Below, in pieces: positions 19,215 through 29,003 of a DNA stretch of 64,000 nt. The number at the start of each line of letters is the position of its first letter. Position 1 is the stretch's first letter. A program made the translations under genes and the position numbers. The notes beneath the pieces are model-generated. The model was not told the DNA's origin, did no database searches, and worked only from the letters and a program-made list of their open reading frames with translations. Origin of the DNA: Candidatus Multivoradales bacterium (GTDB lineage: Bacteria; Acidobacteriota; Thermoanaerobaculia; Multivoradales; JAHEKO01); NCBI GenBank assembly GCA_965223155.1, contig CBDCVR010000014.1:448001-512000 (forward strand). Direction: 5' to 3'.

Positions 19215-19702
19215 CCGTCCAGCTCGTCCTCCAGGTTTGTCGAGAGACGATTGCGACGGAGCTTGTCGAGCTCGATCGACCCCGAGTTGTCGAACGACAT
19301 CTTGCGGGTACCGTAGGAACGCTCGAGAAAGAGCTTGCTCTTGATGCGGTAGGCCAGAGAGGACTGGTCCCTCGCCGTCAGAAGCTGCGACACCAGGGCA
19401 ACGTTGTTGACATGCAGAGCGACTTCCTGGGTCGCCGTGCCCAGGCGCGGGATCTCCATCGGCTCGGAGCTCAGCGCTTTGCCGATCTTGACGCCGTTCA
19501 GGTAGAGGCGAAATACGCCGCCGCCAATCTGCAAGGGCTCGGGATTCTCGTTCGAAAGCCGGATGGTAAAGGTCCCGGAGGTCTCGAACACCGTAAGATC
19601 GTCGAATTCGATGTCCACCAGCGCGACCTCCGGCGGCACGATTCCAAGAGTCGCGCAACCGGAGAGGCCGAGAAGGAGAACGGGCAAGAGTAGTTTCTTC
19701 AT
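19208..19702 (-). CDS. LEA type 2 (WHy domain) lipoprotein
   Basis: Lipobox LSGC, PPEVALVDI, IRLSNENPEPL, LYLNGVKIGKA. Confidence 0.82.
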   Translation of the reverse strand: MKKLLLPVLLLGLSGCATLGIVPPEVALVDIEFDDLTVFETSGTFTIRLSNENPEPLQIGGGVFRLYLNGVKIGKALSSEPMEIPRLGTATQEVALHVNNVALVSQLLTARDQSSLAYRIKSKLFLERSYGTRKMSFDNSGSIELDKLRRNRLSTNLEDELDGP

Positions 19703-19845
19703 GCGCCCATTCTCTCCTGCTTTGGCGCGGAGGGGAAAGACCTTCCGGATATACTGCGCCGGCCGGTGGCGAGAGTCGCCCCCGCAAGCGGCGATCCGAA
19801 CCTCTTAGCGCACGCCGACCCAGCTTCCACCCGGAATCCCCAGCT

Positions 19846-21756
19846 TTGAGCGTCGAGCACGGTTTCACCGACCCAGCGCTGAGCGTCGCCCTGGCGATGG
19901 CCGTGGGCATGCTGGCTCAAGCCCTGGCCCGCCATCTGCGGATTCCCGGCATCGTTCTGATGCTCGCCGCCGGGGTCCTCCTCGGCCCGGACTTGATCGG
20001 ATGGATTCAGCCCGAGAGCCTTGGCAGCGCCCTCCAGACTCTGGTCGGCTTCGCGGTGGCGGTGATCCTCTTCGAGGGCGGCATCAACCTGAACCTCAAC
20101 CGGCTGCGCCACGAGGCCCGTAGCATCCGCCAGCTGGTCACGATCGGTGCCGTGGTCACCGCGATCGGCGGAGCCATCGCCGCCCGCCTCATTCTCGCTT
20201 GGGACTGGCCCCAGTCGATCTTGTTCGGCACGCTGGTGATCGTCACCGGACCGACGGTGGTCACACCACTTCTGCGCCGGCTCCGCCTGAAGCACAACGT
20301 GGCCACCGTGCTCGAAGCCGAGGGAGTCCTGATCGACGCCATCGGTGCCCTTATCGCGGTCGTCACCCTCGAAGTCATTCTGGCGCCTTCAGCCAGTCAG
20401 GTCGCCGCCGGAGCGCAGAGTCTCTTCGTTCGCTTCGGATCCGGAATCGTCCTCGGTTTGGTCGGGGGCGGGCTGATCGTTCTCCTGTTGCGCTCGGAAC
20501 GGCTGATTCCGGAGGGCTTGGACAACGTCGTTGTCCTGTCCCTGGTGCTGGCGCTCTTTCAAGGCAGCAATCATGTCTTCGCGGAGAGCGGCCTGGTGAG
20601 TGTCACCATCGCCGGCCTGGTGGTGGGCAACGTCAAGACCCGCCTCCTGGCCGAGCTCAAGGAGTTCAAGGAGCAGCTCACCGTACTCTTGATCGGCATG
20701 CTTTTCGTGCTGCTCGCGGCCGACGTGCGGGTCGACGAGGTGCGCTCCCTGGGCTGGCCCGGCGTCTGGACCGTGGTGGTGTTGATGCTGGTCGTCCGGC
20801 CGCTCAACATCGTGGCCGGCACCTTCCGTTCCGACCTCAACTGGAGGGAGCGGACCTTCCTGTCTTGGCTCGCGCCGCGCGGCATCGTGGCCGCCGCGGT
20901 GGCCTCGCTCTTCGCCCACGAGCTCGAGACCGCGGGCATCCCGGGCGGCTCCGAGCTGCGCGCCCTAGTGTTTCTGGTCATCGCCGCCACGGTCCTGGTC
21001 CAGGGGCTGACCGGCGGCTTCGTCGCGCAGGCGCTCGGACTTCGCCGTCCCAACAACTTCGGATTCCTGTTTCTGGGCGCCAACCCGCTGAGTCTCGCTC
21101 TGGCTCAGGCCTTCCGGGATTTCGGCAAGGAAGTCGTGTTCATCGACTCGAACCCGGACGCCTGCCGGTCGGCGGAAGAGGCGGGCTACCGGGTGCTCTT
21201 CGGCAGCGCCCTGTCCGAATCGGTGCTGATCCGCGCCGAGATCGAATCCCGGGCCGGGGTCCTGGCGGTCACCAACAACGACGAGGTCAACCTGCTCTTC
21301 GTGACGAAGGCCCGGAACGAGTACAAGGTCCCGAGAGCCTGGATGGCGCTTCGCAGCGGCCATCGGCGGGTCACCCCGGACATGGTCGGGCACGCGGGAT
21401 CGCGGGTGCTCTTCGCCAGCCCCCGCAACCTGGACCTGTGGACGGTCCGGGTCGAGCGCGGCATCGGCTCGCTCGAGTGCTGGACGCGCCGGCGCGGCGA
21501 GGACCGCAAAGCGATCGAGGAGATCGGGAACCCTCCGGATCCGGACAGCGTGCTCATCCCGCTAGCCGTCGTCCGGGGCACTTGGGTGCATCCGTTCGAC
21601 GACGAGCTGAGCTTCAAGAAGCGAGACCGGCTCTACGTCATCGTCAACAACGAGCGGCGCAACGAGGCCGAAGCCTGGTTATCGCAGATGGGCTGGCGCC
21701 CGCTCGAGGACGACGAGTCGCCGCGGGCCGAGGAGCCCGTGCCGGCGCCCGCCTGA
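19846..21756 (+). CDS. CPA1 cation:proton antiporter with C-terminal TrkA-N/RCK domain
   Basis: About 12 TM helices, ILFEGG, VTGPTVV, EGVLIDAIG, APRGIVAAAVA, then GAN...IDSN (KTN domain). Confidence 0.9.
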   Translation: MSVEHGFTDPALSVALAMAVGMLAQALARHLRIPGIVLMLAAGVLLGPDLIGWIQPESLGSALQTLVGFAVAVILFEGGINLNLNRLRHEARSIRQLVTIGAVVTAIGGAIAARLILAWDWPQSILFGTLVIVTGPTVVTPLLRRLRLKHNVATVLEAEGVLIDAIGALIAVVTLEVILAPSASQVAAGAQSLFVRFGSGIVLGLVGGGLIVLLLRSERLIPEGLDNVVVLSLVLALFQGSNHVFAESGLVSVTIAGLVVGNVKTRLLAELKEFKEQLTVLLIGMLFVLLAADVRVDEVRSLGWPGVWTVVVLMLVVRPLNIVAGTFRSDLNWRERTFLSWLAPRGIVAAAVASLFAHELETAGIPGGSELRALVFLVIAATVLVQGLTGGFVAQALGLRRPNNFGFLFLGANPLSLALAQAFRDFGKEVVFIDSNPDACRSAEEAGYRVLFGSALSESVLIRAEIESRAGVLAVTNNDEVNLLFVTKARNEYKVPRAWMALRSGHRRVTPDMVGHAGSRVLFASPRNLDLWTVRVERGIGSLECWTRRRGEDRKAIEEIGNPPDPDSVLIPLAVVRGTWVHPFDDELSFKKRDRLYVIVNNERRNEAEAWLSQMGWRPLEDDESPRAEEPVPAPA

Positions 21757-21772
21757 GCAGGCCCTGAGCAGT

Positions 21773-22642
21773 TTAGGACCCGTCCGGGGCCGTCGAAATC
21801 GCGGGTACCTGGCCCGGATCCCCGAGCACCAGCGCCGGGTCGACGCGGGCGCCGTGCCAGCGGACGCCAAAATGAAGATGCGGCCCGGTCGCCCGTCCGG
21901 TGGCACCGACGCTGCCGATCCGTTGCGCCCGGGCCACGGCCTGTCCCTCCTCGACCGTAATCTCGCTCAGGTGAAAGTACATCGAGATCATACGGTCTCC
22001 GTGATCGATGAAGACGCTCTTGCCCGAGAAGAAGAGATCATCGGCCAGCACCACCCTGCCCGCGCCCGCGCTCAGAACTGCCGTTCCCGCGGTGGCCGCG
22101 AAATCGGCTCCGGAGTGCGGGCTTCGCGGCTGGTCGTTGAAGAATCGGCGGGCGCCGAAGCGGCCGCCTTCGGACAGTTCCTCGAGCGGCGGCGCCAGCG
22201 GCAAGTACGCAACCTCCCCGGCACGGCCGGACCAAAGGCGTCCGACCCGGCTCTGGTCACTCCGGACGCGCGTCAGATCCTCGGCGCTGAGCGACACCTT
22301 GGAGTCGTCCTTGAGCGTGATGTACTGGACATCGTAGGGGTAGCCGGTGACGTCGACCACGGCCGTTTCGCGCTTGCCGCCCCGGAGCCGGAACACCGGC
22401 AAAGCGCCCTGGCGCTGAAGCAGGTCGATGGGAAACCAGCAGGCTCCCTGACGCGGCTTCCAGGTGGAATCGCCGCGGCCACAGGCGCTGATGCCGTCAC
22501 CCGGCCAGCGCACGACTCCACCGGGCCGGCTGGCGAGGCGCGGAGCCTCCCCGGCCGCGACCCCCTCGGAAACGGCTCCGGCCACGAGCAGGAAGCCGGT
22601 GAGGAATCGACAAGCCGCGCCGGCGCGCCGGGATCGAAGCAT
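21773..22642 (-). CDS. M23 family metallopeptidase
   Basis: HSGADF (HxxxD), IDHG, YFHLS, GATGRATGPHLHF. Start uncertain (22642 or 22705). Confidence 0.9.
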   Translation of the reverse strand: MLRSRRAGAACRFLTGFLLVAGAVSEGVAAGEAPRLASRPGGVVRWPGDGISACGRGDSTWKPRQGACWFPIDLLQRQGALPVFRLRGGKRETAVVDVTGYPYDVQYITLKDDSKVSLSAEDLTRVRSDQSRVGRLWSGRAGEVAYLPLAPPLEELSEGGRFGARRFFNDQPRSPHSGADFAATAGTAVLSAGAGRVVLADDLFFSGKSVFIDHGDRMISMYFHLSEITVEEGQAVARAQRIGSVGATGRATGPHLHFGVRWHGARVDPALVLGDPGQVPAISTAPDGS

Positions 22643-22708
22643 GGCTAGCAGCCCGTGGTAGGAGTCCAGGCGGTCGCGCGACAAGGTCTTGCGGTGGGCG
22701 TGCATGGG

Positions 22709-24460
22709 CTAGTTCGGAACCGGCACGAACGGCATCTCGAGGACGCCGCGCGGCCGCGCGGTTTCCAGCACGACCCCGGCCAAGCGCCTGAGCTCGGCCA
22801 GGCTGGGCGAGGACGCCGCGCCTCTCGCCGGCGTGCCCAGGCGGGAGAACTGCTCGAAAAGCATCTCCCAACTGGACTTCGGATGGGGAAACTGCCGGAG
22901 TTGAAGTTTCGCGTCTTCGTCCAGGCCGAGCTCGTCCCGTACCGCGGCATAGGCCTCGGGGAAGCCGCCCAGGGCGTCCACAAGGCCCAGCTCGAGCGCC
23001 CGCTCGCCGCTCCAGATCCTGCCGCGGGCGACCCGATCTACGTGGTCCGGATCCAGTTCCCGTCCCGCCGCGACCTTGCCCACGAAGTCGGCGTAGATGC
23101 GGTCGAGCGACGCTCGCATCCGCTGCCAGCCGCGCTCGTCGAACTCGCTCATGCTGCTCCACATCTCGGCATTCTCGCTGGTGGCGACCGAGTCCGAGCT
23201 GAACCCAGCCTTGGCCAGCATGTCGCGCACCACCATCTTGCCGCCGTAGACGCCGATCGAGCCCGTGATCGTGCCGGGTTGGGCGATGATCTGATCGGCG
23301 TTCATGGCGATGAAGTATCCGCCCGAGCCGCCTACGTCTCCGATCGACACCACCACCGGCTTGCCCGCGTCTCGAGCCCGGACCGTCTCCCGCCAGATGG
23401 TGTCCGAGGCCACGTAGGAACCACCGGGGCTGTTGACTCGAAACAGGATGGCATCGACCGCGTCGTCCTCGACCGCGTCGCGGAAAGCCTCCGCCACGGT
23501 ATCGGCGCCCAGGTAGGTGGTATCCGCGAACGGATCGTAGCCACCCTTCCCACGGACGATGCCGCCGACGCCGTAGATCAGCGCCACGGTGGTGCGGCCC
23601 GGCAGTCCACCCAAGCCGCTGCCATAGGAGTCCAGCTCGCGGAATACGACGCGTTCACCCAACTCCTCCTCGAGCCGGTCGTAGACCTCGTCTCGGTAGG
23701 CCAGGCGGTCGACCAGGCCGGCCGCCACCGCCTCCTGGCCGAAATAGGGGCCGCCATCGAACAAGGCGCGGACTTTGGTCTCCTCCAAGTCCCGGGACGC
23801 GCTGATCGCCGAGACCATCTGGCCGAACTGTTCCTCGGCCAGTTCGCTCAGAGCCTCCTCGTGCCACTCGGTGAACTCGCGCTCGGTGTAGGTGTTCATC
23901 GCGTTCTTGTATTCGTGGCGGCCTTCGATCTGGGGCTCGAGCCCAAGGAGCTCGAAGGTCCCGGCCAGAAATGGCACCTCGTAGTGCAGCCCGGTCAGCC
24001 CAACGTCGCCCGACGGCTGGAGGTTGATCTCGGGAAAGATGCTGGCCAGGTAGTAGCCGCCGTTGCTGGGCCCGAACTCCCCGAAGGTCTCCGAGTAGGC
24101 CACCATCGTCTTGCCGCTGTCGCGGAACTCGGCCAACGCCTCGCGCAGCTCCTGGAGGGTCGCCAAGCCACCCGGGGACGCGCCGGTCTTGGCAACGAGT
24201 CCGATCACACGGTCGTCGCCGGCCGCGCGGCGGATGGCCGAGACGGCTTCCCGGAGCCGCAAGATCCGATCGCCCAGTGGCAGCGCCAGACCGTGAACCT
24301 GGAGATCCTCGGGAAAGCCCGCGGTCAGGTCGAGCTCCAACACGGTGCTCGAGGCAACCACGGGAGCGGCGGCGCCGCCGCGCCACAGCAGCACGCCGCC
24401 CAGGGCGGCCAAGACCACCGCCACCAGCGCCAAAATCAAGAGAACTGTTCTCACTCTCAT
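22709..24460 (-). CDS. sppA: Signal peptide peptidase SppA (67K type)
   Basis: N-terminal TM, FRDSGK, YYLAS, YKNA, RVNSPGGS, SGGYFI, ITGSIGV, VARGRIWSG. Confidence 0.92.
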   Translation of the reverse strand: MRVRTVLLILALVAVVLAALGGVLLWRGGAAAPVVASSTVLELDLTAGFPEDLQVHGLALPLGDRILRLREAVSAIRRAAGDDRVIGLVAKTGASPGGLATLQELREALAEFRDSGKTMVAYSETFGEFGPSNGGYYLASIFPEINLQPSGDVGLTGLHYEVPFLAGTFELLGLEPQIEGRHEYKNAMNTYTEREFTEWHEEALSELAEEQFGQMVSAISASRDLEETKVRALFDGGPYFGQEAVAAGLVDRLAYRDEVYDRLEEELGERVVFRELDSYGSGLGGLPGRTTVALIYGVGGIVRGKGGYDPFADTTYLGADTVAEAFRDAVEDDAVDAILFRVNSPGGSYVASDTIWRETVRARDAGKPVVVSIGDVGGSGGYFIAMNADQIIAQPGTITGSIGVYGGKMVVRDMLAKAGFSSDSVATSENAEMWSSMSEFDERGWQRMRASLDRIYADFVGKVAAGRELDPDHVDRVARGRIWSGERALELGLVDALGGFPEAYAAVRDELGLDEDAKLQLRQFPHPKSSWEMLFEQFSRLGTPARGAASSPSLAELRRLAGVVLETARPRGVLEMPFVPVPN

Positions 24461-24634
24461 CCAACCTGCTCCTAGGTCAAGATCCCGAAATTCCTCCGCG
24501 CCCGATCGGCGCCCGATCAGCGCCGGGTGCACCTCATGGTACGTTGAGTTCGGTTCGAGGTTAAAGTCCCTGACTGCCGAGCCAGGCCGGAGCAGCCGGC
24601 CGCCACCCTCGAAAAGGCAGCAACGGACAGAAGC

Positions 24635-25018
24635 ATGTTCCGCGTCGGCGCCGTCAGAGAAGCGATCCTGGACGTGGCCGGTCTGTCTCCTAGGCGCTTC
24701 TGGCAACCCCAGCCGGATGGCGACGGAACGGATGCGGCAGCACCGGTTTCTGGCAAGGAGGCTCACGAGATCGTCGCCCGGGCTCGTCGCCGCGCCTTGG
24801 CCGCGGTGGGAATCGACTGGCTCTCGATCCTCGTGTTGGTGGTGGTGCGCGGCCGCACGGGGCCCGTCCTGCCTCTGGGGGCCGGCGAAGAAACGGTTAT
24901 CGCACTCGCCCTGCTGGCGATCGCCACCCATTCCGGCTTCAGGCTGGGCCAGCACGAGACCTACCGAGCCGCCGCACACGCTCTCGACGAGCTGGATCAA
25001 CGGACCGATTCGTCCTAG
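24635..25018 (+). CDS. Hypothetical small membrane protein
   Basis: 127-aa ORF with two hydrophobic segments and GC-rich codon usage. Start uncertain. Confidence 0.55.
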   Translation: MFRVGAVREAILDVAGLSPRRFWQPQPDGDGTDAAAPVSGKEAHEIVARARRRALAAVGIDWLSILVLVVVRGRTGPVLPLGAGEETVIALALLAIATHSGFRLGQHETYRAAAHALDELDQRTDSS

Positions 25019-25880
25019 GGGCTTGTTGAAGGCCGAGGCGAGGTCTCATCCGCGGCTGGGGCGAGTGCGCGGCGGTCAAGCTCGGCCAGCAGCTCGCGGA
25101 GCTTCGCCTCCAGAACCGAGCGGTGTTCGGGTCCCAATCGTAGGACCAGCTTCTGCACCGGCGCCAGGGCCTCGAGCTCGGAGTCCGCGAACCGGTAGCC
25201 CCGAACGGCCGGCTCCCAAGACGATCGGCCAGCCGGGATCAGGCGTCGCCAGGATCACCGCGGCCGCTTGGCGCAGGGTCGCCTCGAACTTGCGCTCGGG
25301 GGTACCCGAGGTCACGATAGGCGCGCTCGGTGAGCGGCCGCAACTCCTCCAGAATCGTGGCCAGCCCGGCGGCGTCGAGACTCGCCAGAACCCGGCTCAG
25401 GCCTTCGAACCTCGCGTAGCTGGTCGCGCCCAAGGTTACCGAACCGGCACCGCCGTCGGGCGCAAAGGTCGTTCCGGGCGAGACAAAGCCCGCCTGTGAG
25501 CGCGGGATCTCGCCGCGCGCGACCGCATCCACGGCTGCCACTCCCCGGCGCACAAGTTCGTCGTGGGCCAGCCAGCGGGCCCACTCCGGATGGCGTGAGA
25601 GGCCCGCAGCCAGCGCCCTCAGAAACGCATCGCTGGCGTCCAGCTCCGGCAGGGGTCCGGGCGAGGAAAGGGGCGCGGCCGTGGACGACACCTCACTCGC
25701 CTCCGGCTCTTGCGCCGCCGCCGGAGCCCCGGCGCTGGGTGCTTCGATGGCTCGCGAACGCTGCCAGAGCCAGCCGGCCCCGGCGGCCACCAGCAGAAGC
25801 GCCAGCGCCGCCGCCGGCCAAACCGGCATTCCCTGTCCGCGACGCGGCCCTTCGGTGGGCTGGTTTCGATAGGTGTCCAT
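25015..25880 (-). pseudogene. DUF3014-family protein interrupted by two +1 frameshifts
   Basis: LPELDASD..., AYRDLGYP, then (second frame) ERKFEATLRQAAAVILATP, then (third frame) GYRFADSELEALAPVQKLVLRLGPE. Removing one base from the G5 run at 25298-25302 and one from the C3 run at 25215-25217 restores one ORF ending at TAG 25015. Confidence 0.75.
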
Positions 25881-25990
25881 AGCGGTTCCTCTTGGCGTTT
25901 CGGTGAGGCTGGTTCGAGCGTTGCGCCGCCGCCGCGGTCGGACGATCCGAACAGTCCGGCCCGCCCGGGAGGCGCTGCTACACTCCCCGC

Positions 25991-26986
25991 GTGCAAAAAG
26001 CTCGCCTTGGCCGCACCGGCGTCGAGGTGTCGACCATCGGGCTCGGAACCTGGGCCTACGGCGGATCGCGAAGCGTCAAAGGCCACGCCGTGGGCTGGTC
26101 GGGACACGATGACGGGGCCGCGCGCGAGGCAGTCGTCGCGGCCTTCGAATCAGGCATCGACCATTTCGACACCGCCGACGTGTACGGCGACGGCCAGGCC
26201 GAGGCCTTGCTGGGAACGGTCTGGGACCGCATCCCGCGGGACACCGTCTTTCTGGCCAGCAAGGTGGGTTGGGATCCGGCCGGCCAACCTCACTTCTTTC
26301 ATCCGGAGACCATCCGGACCCGGCTGGAGCGCTCGCTCCGGTTGCTCGACACCGACCGCATCGACCTCTTTTACCTCCACCACTGTGACTTTGGTCCCGA
26401 GGATCGGCATCTAGAACCGGCGCTGGCGACCCTGCAGAAGCTGCGCGACCAGGGCAAGTTCCGCTTCCTGGGGCTGTCGGACTGGAGCTCGGCCAAGGTT
26501 CGGCGCCTGGCCGACAGGGTGGACCCCGACGTCGTCCAGATCTTCCGAACCGTGGTCGATGACGGGTACCGAACGAGCGGACTGGCGGATTGGGTTCACC
26601 GCCGGGACCGGGGCGCCGTCTTCTTCTCGCCGCTCAAACACGGCGTCCTGCTGGGCAAGTATCTCGAGCCGATGAGCTTTCCGGCTGGCGACATCCGCAA
26701 CAACCTGCCGGAGCTTCAGGACGGCGCGACCCTGCGCCGCCTCGCCGGCTGCCGCGCCGCCGTCGAGCGCCGCTTCCCGGATCATCCGCAGCCCGTGCTC
26801 CAGGCCTTGACTGGCGCGCTTCTTGCCGACGCGCCATCGGCGTCGGTCCTGGTCGGCCAGCGCAACCCCGAGCAGGCCCACGCCGCCGGCAGCCTGGGGA
26901 GGCCCTTGGACGAGGACGAGGCCAAGTGGGTCCGGAGTCTCTACTCGGAGGCGCTGGGCTCTTCTTCGGCCGCGGCGGACCCCTGA
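25991..26986 (+). CDS. Aldo/keto reductase
   Basis: LGRTGVEVSTIGLGTW, FDTADVYGDG, ASKVG, SLRLLDTDRIDLFYLH, GKFRFLGLS. Confidence 0.92.
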   Translation: MQKARLGRTGVEVSTIGLGTWAYGGSRSVKGHAVGWSGHDDGAAREAVVAAFESGIDHFDTADVYGDGQAEALLGTVWDRIPRDTVFLASKVGWDPAGQPHFFHPETIRTRLERSLRLLDTDRIDLFYLHHCDFGPEDRHLEPALATLQKLRDQGKFRFLGLSDWSSAKVRRLADRVDPDVVQIFRTVVDDGYRTSGLADWVHRRDRGAVFFSPLKHGVLLGKYLEPMSFPAGDIRNNLPELQDGATLRRLAGCRAAVERRFPDHPQPVLQALTGALLADAPSASVLVGQRNPEQAHAAGSLGRPLDEDEAKWVRSLYSEALGSSSAAADP

Positions 26987-27864
26987 GCCTCCTCGATCTC
27001 AAGGTACCAGCTCGGTAGATCGAGTCCGGCCGACAGTCGCCAGGCACTCAGAAACAGGTCCGCGGTCAGCCGGATCGAAGCCTCGATCCGTTCCCTGGCA
27101 AACGCCAAGACCGGGGCCGGGAGGTCTTCCTGGCCCTCCTCGAGTGCCAGGGCCGGCTCGAGCTCGTAGACCCGGGGCACGAGAGCATGGCTCTCCGCGA
27201 ACGCCTCTTCGATCGCCCGGCGAGGCTTGGCATGGGCGCGGACCGTCACGGCCGCCACCTCGGGCACTTCGCCCAGACGGTACAGGTGGGTCGCCAGGGC
27301 GTCGGCGTGCTGGTGAATGCCGGTATGGGGCGAGGAACCGTCGGGCAGAGTGCGTCCGTTGTAGTGCACCGTAGTGTGCAACGGTTGGCACAGGTCCGCG
27401 GAGTAGTGGGCCAGGACGCCGGCCAAGTAGAGCACCCGCTGCCGGGCCCAGGCATCCTCGGGATCCAAACGGTGCTGCGCGAACGCCGCCGCCAGCTTTT
27501 GCATGCCCTCGAGGACCGAATACGGCAACGTACCCGCCTGGATCGTGGTCAGCTCCAGCCGCGCCAGCAGCAGCAGGTACTCGCTCCGGCGTTCAGGCCA
27601 GGTGGCGCCGCGCAAGAGCTCCGAATCGAGGTAGTGCGCTGGGGTCTCAGCGTCGCGCAACTGCGGCAGGTCGCGCAACCGGTAGTAATCGGGATCGATC
27701 GCCGAGCGGCCGACCTCGCGCAAACCCGATCGGAAAAACTCCGGCACCTCTTCGGGCAGTGCCGAGACCGCGGACGCGGCGATCTTGGCGTGCGCGCCGG
27801 CGTTCCAGGCCGACAGCGGACCGGCCGCGGCCAAGACCAGCGCGGCGGTGACGGCTACGCTCAT
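26941..27864 (-). CDS. Exported zinc-dependent S1/P1 nuclease / phospholipase C-like protein
   Basis: Signal peptide followed by W (WNAGAH), PD, HYLD, GTLPY, HYSADLCQPLHTT, GIH. Confidence 0.8.
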   Translation of the reverse strand: MSVAVTAALVLAAAGPLSAWNAGAHAKIAASAVSALPEEVPEFFRSGLREVGRSAIDPDYYRLRDLPQLRDAETPAHYLDSELLRGATWPERRSEYLLLLARLELTTIQAGTLPYSVLEGMQKLAAAFAQHRLDPEDAWARQRVLYLAGVLAHYSADLCQPLHTTVHYNGRTLPDGSSPHTGIHQHADALATHLYRLGEVPEVAAVTVRAHAKPRRAIEEAFAESHALVPRVYELEPALALEEGQEDLPAPVLAFARERIEASIRLTADLFLSAWRLSAGLDLPSWYLEIEEAQGSAAAEEEPSASE

Positions 27865-27914
27865 GCGGGCGGCTCGCGGCCGAAGGGCCGGCCTCCGGGC
27901 TAGTCGGTCTCTCC

Positions 27915-28259
27915 TCACTTGGAGTTCGGATCCGACTCCGGCACCGTCATCGGCACCGGAAACTGCATCAGGTTCGCTTCGCCCTTCTCAGCCTTGCGGA
28001 TCCTCGCGGTGCCGCGCTTTTCGACTTCTTCGATGCGCAGGATCGAGTGCATCGGCAGGTACAGGCGGCGCACTCCCTGGAACTCCGTCTTGAGCCGCTC
28101 TTCGGAAGGGTCCACCACGATCTCGGTGCGCTCGCCGAAGAGCAGTCCGTCCACCTCGACGAATCCGAGCATTCCGCCCTGGCCGACGCCCTCGGAATAG
28201 ATCTCATAGACCTGGCCTTGCTGCAAGAACGTGATCCGGTAGACGTGGCCGTCGGACAT
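27915..28259 (-). CDS. DUF1820 family protein
   Basis: YRITFLQQGQVYEIY, GFVEV..LLFGER..VVDPSEERLKTEF.GV...LPMHSILRIEEV. Confidence 0.85.
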   Translation of the reverse strand: MSDGHVYRITFLQQGQVYEIYSEGVGQGGMLGFVEVDGLLFGERTEIVVDPSEERLKTEFQGVRRLYLPMHSILRIEEVEKRGTARIRKAEKGEANLMQFPVPMTVPESDPNSK

Positions 28260-28313
28260 CGGAAAAACCCTAGCACAGCGATCCCGGCCATCGATTCTCC
28301 GAGGCCCTGTGCG

Positions 28314-28349
28314 GATCAGGTCCCGATCCGGACGGATCGGGACCTGATC
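28314..28349. repeat. Perfect inverted repeat (16-17 bp stem)
   Basis: GATCAGGTCCCGATCCG-GA-CGGATCGGGACCTGATC, followed by short ATCAGGCCCGAAT direct repeats. Confidence 0.85.
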
Positions 28350-28383
28350 AGGCCCGAATCCGAATCAGGCCCGAATGGACAAA

Positions 28384-28863
28384 TCAGGACGGCGAGCTAC
28401 GGTTGCCGATGTCGAGAGCAATCTTCCACGATCCGTCGGCCTGCCGCTTCCAGACCGTGACGTAGCGGCCGGAAATGTCGGCGCCGCCGACCCGTGTACG
28501 GTATTCGCCGTAGGTCACGGCCAGATCGCCGCTCTCGGCGACATCGGCGCCCAACGGGGCCCAGTCAAACCGAAATTCCGGGTCCGCGAACGCCGGACCG
28601 AATAGCTCCTCGATCGACCTCCGGCCTCGTGTCACCGGGCCGTCTGCCGGCAGCACCGCGCCGTCCTCCGCGAAAGCCTCGACCCAAGCCGCCAGCCCCT
28701 GGACCCCCACGCGCTCGGAAAGCTGCCGGTCCCGGGCCAGAACCTCGGCCTCGAGATCGGCGGTCAGGTCGGAAACCAACACGCCGCCGCTTTCGGACCC
28801 GGACTCGATCCCGGCGCCCTCATCCCGTCCACAGCCGCCCGTGGCAAGCACGGCAAGCAGCAT
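28384..28863 (-). CDS. DUF4440/SnoaL-like (NTF2-fold) lipoprotein
   Basis: Lipobox-like TGGC, FAEDGAVLP, AESGDLAVTYGEY, GRYVTVWKRQADGSWKIALDIG. Start uncertain. Confidence 0.82.
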   Translation of the reverse strand: MLLAVLATGGCGRDEGAGIESGSESGGVLVSDLTADLEAEVLARDRQLSERVGVQGLAAWVEAFAEDGAVLPADGPVTRGRRSIEELFGPAFADPEFRFDWAPLGADVAESGDLAVTYGEYRTRVGGADISGRYVTVWKRQADGSWKIALDIGNRSSPS

Positions 28864-28968
28864 CGCACAGGCGTAGACGCCCCCTCCAAGAGGCCAAAAT
28901 CGAGATCGACTGAAGCCGGGACGCGACACGAGCCGGCGCATGGTACCACCGCCAAAACCTCGCCATGT

Positions 28969-28997
28969 GAAACTTCGCCTCGTCCTTTGCCGTCTTA
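28969..28997 (+). promoter_or_regulatory. Putative ECF sigma-factor promoter
   Basis: (T)GAAACT-N16-CGTCTTA directly upstream of the AGGAG RBS and ATG 29004. Confidence 0.55.
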
Positions 28998-29003
28998 GGA
29001 GTC

